Source of the DNA: an uncultured Oligoflexus sp.
Lineage (GTDB): Bacteria > Bdellovibrionota_B > Oligoflexia > Oligoflexales > Oligoflexaceae
Length of the DNA: 64,000 nt
Direction: 5' to 3'
Assembly (NCBI GenBank): GCA_964236955.1
Contig: CAXSGP010000005.1
Span: 1-64,000 of the forward strand
The notes beneath the pieces are model-generated. The model did not search any database and was not told where the DNA came from. It was given only the letters and a program-made list of their open reading frames with translations. Positions 60,892 through 64,000 of this stretch are shown here, piece by piece (position 1 is the stretch's first letter; each line of letters starts with the position of its first letter). The position numbers and the translations under genes are program-made.

Positions 60892-61260
60892 TCAACGCTT
60901 AACTTCAATCTCATTCACGAAGAAGATTTCGTCAAAGGTCCGGTTCAGCGTCTTACTATGAAACTGGTGCATGCTCTGGCCATCAGCGAAGGAGACCATG
61001 TCACCCTTCTTAACAGACGTTTTTGCGGTCGCCAGCCAGAGTTTGTCCTGACCCTGAGCAAACTGCACATAGGTATAATTTGCAACGTTGATGACATCGA
61101 CAACTTTGCCACTGTAACCTTCGCTCTTTTCGCCCATCGCTTCGCCAGTGAGTTGGCGGGCCGCTTGAAAGCCTTGACTATTATCACCTGTCGCTGCCAG
61201 CGCGGGGCCAGTCGCGGCCAGGACCATGCCGATTGATGCTAGGATTGATTTCAATTGCAT
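60892..61260 (-). CDS. Secreted OB-fold-like protein (NrfJ-related family)
   Basis: Signal peptide; GKVVDVI...YTYV...WLA...VKKGD...M..FHSKTLNRTFDEIFFV. Confidence 0.75.
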   Translation of the reverse strand: MQLKSILASIGMVLAATGPALAATGDNSQGFQAARQLTGEAMGEKSEGYSGKVVDVINVANYTYVQFAQGQDKLWLATAKTSVKKGDMVSFADGQSMHQFHSKTLNRTFDEIFFVNEIEVKR

Positions 61261-61568
61261 AACTCTTCCTTTATGAAAAGTACTTAGGAATTATAGCCTA
61301 TATCCTGCGGCGAGCCTAGCTTTGCCTTATTTATTCAAGCCTTTTACCATATTAGCAAAGATCTTAGAGCCGCTTTTAACAGCTCAGGCTCCTCGATCCT
61401 AGGTTTTAGTTTTTCAGCTGAGTACAACTGTTAATTTTTCCGAATTTGCAAAACTCTTTGAGCTAAGTCAAAATAGAAATAATCAATCGTGTCCGGACCA
61501 ACAGCAGCTATTTGGTACTCGCCCAAATTTACTGAAGAGCTGTGTCTCCTTAACGATTTACAATAGCT

Positions 61569-63209
61569 ATGTCATTGAAGGGGATCGATGTGACAAGGCC
61601 TGGAATCCGTGTGCTTTTTTTTGGACTCGTCTTAAGTTTCTTCACCTCCATTTACTCCGTCTCAAGCCTTGCATTTGCCAACACCCATGAAATTCCGCCC
61701 CAAGATTTTGAATCGAGTCCAGACCAAAGGGGCCTCTTCACGAATTTCGACACGAGCAATATCAAAATTTTAACTCATGACGGGCTGCGGCTGGACGCTC
61801 GCCTCTATGAACCCAAACTCAACGCCTTTACGGGTAAGCGGCCGGCCATCGTCTTCACGAATTCGTGGACCCTCGGCGAACATGAGTACGAGTTTCAGGC
61901 AAGGCGGTTTGCATCCCGAGGTTATATCGTGCTGTCCTACTCCTCGCGCGGCTTTGGGGGTTCCGATGGCTGGGTGACTGTCGGTGGACCCAATGATATG
62001 CATGATTTCTCGACTGTATTAGACTGGCTAGAGGACAATACACGAGTGGATGTAGCCAACATTGGAATGGCGGGTGTTTCGCTTGGGGGCGGGATGTCAC
62101 TTCTGGCTCTGGCAACGGATTCGCGGATAAAGACCGCTGCAGCCATGAGCGGTTGGGGAAATTTGGAACAGGCCCTTTATCGCAACGAAACAATCCAAAA
62201 AGCCTGGATGAATATTCTTGTGGCCAGTGGTCGGATTGCCGGGCACCTCGATCCTGATATTGATGATCAGATCGACAACATGAAAAACCGTACGGATATC
62301 GCCGCGACCCGCGCCTGGGCGGCAAGGCGCTCCCCTGAGACTTTGATTCAGGCTATAAATGCCCGGAGAGCTCCTGTATTTTTGGAGAACAGTTACCTCG
62401 ATGCGCTGTTTCCGCCGCTACAGATTCGGCCATTTTACGAAAAGCTTTTAGGCGAAAAACGTATGATCGTGGACGAAGGCATCCACGCAAGTGCTGCCAT
62501 TCCCGGCCTCATCGGCCTCCCCTCAGACCTATGGGATGAGGTGCATGATTGGATGGATCATTGGTTGATCGATAGAACCCACCCGATCAAGACGGGTCTT
62601 ACCTTTCGCACCAGAACCGACTCAACCGACTTTGAAAATTATCCGCCGCTCAATTTTCGAAGCAAGGACTTCAATGTCCTGAATCTTTCCAGTGTGGATG
62701 CCGGCTCGGGCCGTTCCATTATCCGATTTCAAGGCAATCGCGATTCGGGAGCGACCACGGGGATACCGGTCATCAGTGACTCGCTGGACACCTACATCAA
62801 CGTCCCCGTGCGCAAAACTATTGCTGACATCAATAGAAAATACGCGGCGGTCATGCAATCTCCTGTTCTGACTAGGAAGCTGAAGGTTCGTGGATCCCCG
62901 CGCCTCAGTTTTACCCTTATGCCTCATGACACCCCCGTTACTCTTGTCGCCTATCTCTATGATGTCGATACTAGCGGAGTGGGAGAGCTTGTAAGCTTCA
63001 GTGTGACAAGCTACCAGGATCCAAATTTTGATACGACCCAGGTATCGTTTGATCTTAATGTGTCCGCGTTCACTGTTCCGCGTGGCCATCGATTGGCTGT
63101 CGCCCTTGATACAGTTGATCCGCTCTATGCTGCTGCTACTGCCGAAGACTATTTTGTAAGTTTAGCTGCCGATCCTAGCCTGTCAATTGAGCTGCCCATC
63201 CTTCCATAA
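61569..63209 (+). CDS. CocE/NonD family (peptidase S15-like) alpha/beta hydrolase
   Basis: DGLRLDA, RGFGGSDG, GVSLGG nucleophile elbow, C-terminal GHRLAVALD. Confidence 0.88.
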   Translation: MSLKGIDVTRPGIRVLFFGLVLSFFTSIYSVSSLAFANTHEIPPQDFESSPDQRGLFTNFDTSNIKILTHDGLRLDARLYEPKLNAFTGKRPAIVFTNSWTLGEHEYEFQARRFASRGYIVLSYSSRGFGGSDGWVTVGGPNDMHDFSTVLDWLEDNTRVDVANIGMAGVSLGGGMSLLALATDSRIKTAAAMSGWGNLEQALYRNETIQKAWMNILVASGRIAGHLDPDIDDQIDNMKNRTDIAATRAWAARRSPETLIQAINARRAPVFLENSYLDALFPPLQIRPFYEKLLGEKRMIVDEGIHASAAIPGLIGLPSDLWDEVHDWMDHWLIDRTHPIKTGLTFRTRTDSTDFENYPPLNFRSKDFNVLNLSSVDAGSGRSIIRFQGNRDSGATTGIPVISDSLDTYINVPVRKTIADINRKYAAVMQSPVLTRKLKVRGSPRLSFTLMPHDTPVTLVAYLYDVDTSGVGELVSFSVTSYQDPNFDTTQVSFDLNVSAFTVPRGHRLAVALDTVDPLYAAATAEDYFVSLAADPSLSIELPILP

Positions 63210-63870
63210 TACAAAAAAATTTACCGCTTTCAAAACTTTGGCCTTCAATTTGCAATAGTATACTCAACAGGCAGACTCCTAGGAGCTGCCTGGACTATGC
63301 AAGTCTGCTGTGCCCTCATAAGTCTTCCTTGTTGCCTTTCCCCCAGCTTCCTTTTTTCCCAACCAAATGCATACAGAAAAAAATCTGATGCTTCCCAAAA
63401 ACACAGCAGACAAGCCCAAGTCCAGGGCTTACATGGGCCCGATATATTTTTTTTGTGTCTTTTTTTCCAGAACCTGAAACGCCTATTTGCATTCATTTTG
63501 ACTGACTAACCCAGAGTCCATTGACCTGCAAGACCTACATAGGTCATATATACATATACAATCTTTATTAGGAAAATCATCCGATTGCCTCTTAAATTTT
63601 CTTCTCTTTGGCCTTTATTCGTATAGCCAGCTTGCCGATTTTATGGGTGCTGACCTGGGAAGATTTAGGAAATCCCAAAAGGCAACAGTGAGGACTTGAG
63701 AGCAGGCAACGTAGGAAATCACCAACAGGCGCAGGTGGCCATAAATCCAAACAGCTGAAAACTTTTCTTGCTTACAAAGTGGCAGCTATGCCAGTCTTCT
63801 CGAGAATTTTTCCATTCCTCGCATGGCTGTAAACAGCTATTGTCATCTCAATCTTAAAGAAAAAGCATAA

Positions 63871-63999
63871 TTATGCGCCTGAAACGCGGCCGTTTATGCT
63901 TTCTTCAAAATCTCTGACCAGCGGCGCATAGCCCTCATGCAGGAGAAAATCTTGGATACCAAAGACCTCAGAGCGTCCATCGAGCATATTGAAGCGGCC
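63871..63999 (-). CDS. 3' end of a gene entering from the right edge; tail resembles the ThiH C-terminus
   Basis: Open frame ...GRFNMLDGRSEVFGIQDFLLHEGYAPLVRDFEESINGRVSGA*; F..D.RS...GY.P..RD pattern; only 42 aa visible. Confidence 0.35.
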   Translation of the reverse strand, partial: GRFNMLDGRSEVFGIQDFLLHEGYAPLVRDFEESINGRVSGA

Positions 64000-64000
64000 T

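Noticed and set aside
63245..63509. Overlapping 83-aa and 70-aa ORFs on opposite strands
   Set aside because: AT-rich, homopolymer-laden and without protein-like motifs

Overview
A 64-kb, gene-dense bacterial chromosomal segment with no rRNA, tRNA, CRISPR array, transposase or intact prophage that I can see. Gene content suggests a Bdellovibrionota/Oligoflexia-like or myxobacteria-related organism (inference): a myxobacterial-type gltC-D-E-F gliding cluster with an OM beta-barrel, a GYF membrane protein and many secreted lipoproteins. The left part (1-24 kb) is accessory: C26 amidotransferase, RutE-like nitroreductase, alkB, LysR, secreted lipoproteins, a matrixin, a SLOG protein, a phosphoethanolamine transferase, an EF-hand lipoprotein, an OMP, a lipoprotein plus TonB receptor, nfeD-slipin and PRODH. 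The middle holds the gliding cluster, hutG-hutF, a response regulator plus Hpt, a second matrixin, GT4-wcaJ, a sigma54 activator and core genes (yceD, rpsB-tsf-pyrH-frr, rpmF-fabD). The right part holds a FadF-like Fe-S oxidoreductase, rrf2-sufBCD-nfu, a six-repeat Zn-finger-like protein, ptrB and a CocE/NonD hydrolase. The most notable unexplained signals are: a ~350-nt intergenic element (10872-11226) with nine or more nested helices next to a SLOG gene; a ~110-nt closed-stem candidate sRNA (49633-49745); four sigma54-type promoters, all in front of secreted/surface proteins; the CxxC-x12-C-x3-H repeat protein; and a dispersed REP-like palindrome. All calls come from reading the sequence by eye, without database searches.
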